Of a DNA stretch of 64,000 nt, positions 62,707 to 64,000 are shown one piece after another. The notes under the pieces are model-generated. The model was not told the origin of the DNA. It saw only the letters and a list, made by a program, of their open reading frames with translations, and ran no database searches. This DNA comes from an uncultured Oscillibacter sp. Lineage in GTDB: Bacteria; Bacillota; Clostridia; Oscillospirales; Oscillospiraceae. The stretch's first letter is position 1. Every line of letters starts with the position of its first letter. The translations under genes were made by a program, and so were the position numbers. The stretch is from contig CANAWG010000013.1 of NCBI GenBank assembly GCA_947365245.1, forward strand, positions 2,699 to 66,698, given 5' to 3'.

Positions 62707-64000
62707 ATGAGAAGACGCGACCAGAGAAAGTGGAATAGAGGCTTTACCCTTGTGGAGACGCTGGCGGCCGTGGCGGTTCTTGTGATCCTGCTGGGCCTGG
62801 GCTCCGTGGCGGTGGCCTATTACCGGGACTACCTGCGGATCACGGAGCTGGACAACGCCGCCCGGGAGATCTACATGGCGGCGGAGCACCGGGCGGTGCT
62901 GCTGTCGGGCAGCCGGCGCCTGGGGGGCTTGGTAGAGGACGGAGGGACGGTGCTGTTATCCGCCGCCGTGGCGGAGGACGGCGCCGACGAGGCGTACTAC
63001 ATATCCTCTGAGAATCTGTCCGCGGCGCTGCTGGACACCGGGAGCATTGATCCGGCGCTGTGGGACGGACACTTTTACATCGTCTATGAGCCGGTCAGCG
63101 GCAGCGTGACCGACGTGTTTTACGCGGAGGAGCCCATCGAGACGCTGATAGACGCCGATTTCCAGACGTTTTACGACGAGTGGACGGCGGCGTCCAGAAT
63201 GGAGCGAATGCGGGCCAGACCCATGCTGGGCTACTACGGCGGCGGCATGGCGGAGGGGGACGAGTCCAGCCGCCTGCCCACCCCGGATGTCACCGTGCTG
63301 ATCCGCAACGAGGAGAAGCTGACGGTGGAGGTCACTTTCAGCGTCCCGACGTCCGCGTCGGCCGTCCCGGGCCTGAACACGAAGCGGGAAGTGGAGCTGA
63401 AGTACGGCGGCAGCTCGGTGTCTCTTCTGGAGAGCGGACGCCTGTCCTCCCAAGAGACGACTTTCCGGGATGGAAAAACCGTCACCACCTGCATCTGGGT
63501 GCTGGACTCGCTGGAGAGGGGCGAGGGGCAGTTCAAGGATCTGTTCGGCGGGACGGGTACATACGGCGGGAACTTTACGGTTTCCGCCAGCCTCAGGCTG
63601 TCCGCCGCCGGGTACCGGCCCAGTCAGGCGTCGGACAGCGACACGGATAACAGCCTGTTCGCCGAGGACAGCGGCGGGAGCACGGCCGGTATCCGGCTGC
63701 TGCGCCACCTCCAGAACCTGGACAGCGGCTTTTCCGGCGTGGAGGGGAAGACCGTCGCGGAGCAGAACGACCGGATCTACTGCGCGGAGAATGAGACCTA
63801 CCCCGGGTATGCGTTCCGCCCCATTGAAAATTCAGAGCTGAACGCCTACAACGGCGGTGAAATGGAGATCTACGGCCTGCTGGTGACGCCGGAGAGCGCC
63901 GGCGGGAAGCCCGCGGGGCTGTTTTCCGGCGCGGGGAACAAGGAAAACTATTTTGGCGGTAAAAGCGCGTTTTCTTTCCAGAACATCCGCCTGGTCAACG
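62707..64000 (+). CDS. Large prepilin-type N-terminal cleavage/methylation domain protein (pseudopilin-like); 3' end lies outside the window
   Basis: Not in the ORF track because it has no stop in the window. MRRRDQRKWNRG|FTLVETLAAVAVLVILLG is a class III signal peptide. The frame stays open for 431 codons to the window end. Confidence 0.8.
   Translation, partial: MRRRDQRKWNRGFTLVETLAAVAVLVILLGLGSVAVAYYRDYLRITELDNAAREIYMAAEHRAVLLSGSRRLGGLVEDGGTVLLSAAVAEDGADEAYYISSENLSAALLDTGSIDPALWDGHFYIVYEPVSGSVTDVFYAEEPIETLIDADFQTFYDEWTAASRMERMRARPMLGYYGGGMAEGDESSRLPTPDVTVLIRNEEKLTVEVTFSVPTSASAVPGLNTKREVELKYGGSSVSLLESGRLSSQETTFRDGKTVTTCIWVLDSLERGEGQFKDLFGGTGTYGGNFTVSASLRLSAAGYRPSQASDSDTDNSLFAEDSGGSTAGIRLLRHLQNLDSGFSGVEGKTVAEQNDRIYCAENETYPGYAFRPIENSELNAYNGGEMEIYGLLVTPESAGGKPAGLFSGAGNKENYFGGKSAFSFQNIRLVN

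Noticed and set aside
1-64000. Looked for CRISPR arrays, tRNA/rRNA genes, transposase or IS ends, toxin-antitoxin pairs and classical defence genes (restriction, helicase-nuclease, Abi).
   Set aside because: Nothing with the required repeat-spacer periodicity, cloverleaf-like conserved boxes or diagnostic protein motifs was seen. The only mobility-related gene is the small serine recombinase.

Overview
Visibly GC-rich, densely coding chromosomal segment. Codon usage, Gram-positive lipoprotein signals and GGAGG-type ribosome-binding sites (RBS) suggest a high-GC Clostridia gut anaerobe (Oscillospiraceae/Ruminococcaceae-like); this taxonomic guess is unverified. No rRNA, tRNA or CRISPR array was seen. 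Left to right: (1) end of a BMP/nucleoside-type ABC importer; (2) glutamate synthase gltB-gltD; (3) a minus-strand operon lipoprotein / small alarmone synthetase / OmpR-type regulator / histidine kinase; (4) an ABC-2 ATPase / permease / GldG-like / DUF4340 module; (5) MarR plus MATE efflux; (6) an ECF sigma/anti-sigma pair followed by two surface-protein genes behind a second copy of the same promoter; (7) a small serine recombinase bracketed by 21-nt direct repeats, next to a broken aldolase gene and a cupin; (8) a 1183-aa protein that is an ECF sigma factor fused through a TM helix to a large Ig-like repeat ectodomain; (9) a cell-envelope block: transglutaminase-like protein, lipoprotein, a non-canonical Dlt-like set (adenylation enzyme, carrier protein, MBOAT, DltD/SGNH-like protein, AsnB-type amidotransferase) and an SH3b-NlpC/P60 hydrolase; (10) an acetoin/2-oxoacid dehydrogenase complex (E1a, E1b, E2, E3) plus a degenerate Fe-ADH-like protein; (11) a carbohydrate locus: TRAP transporter, ICL/PEP-mutase-family enzyme, DhaL/DhaK, RpiB and TIM, divergent from two FGGY kinases, Rpe and a SorC regulator; (12) a LytTR/GHKL two-component pair, a small Cys-rich ORF, an XRE regulator and an open-ended prepilin-type protein that the ORF track misses. 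The most unusual items are the TRAP-lyase-DhaKL-RpiB-TIM operon, the Dlt-like/AsnB cluster, the membrane-tethered sigma fusion and the duplicated ECF promoter. I saw no clear defence or toxin system. All family calls come from reading motifs by eye; no database search was possible.
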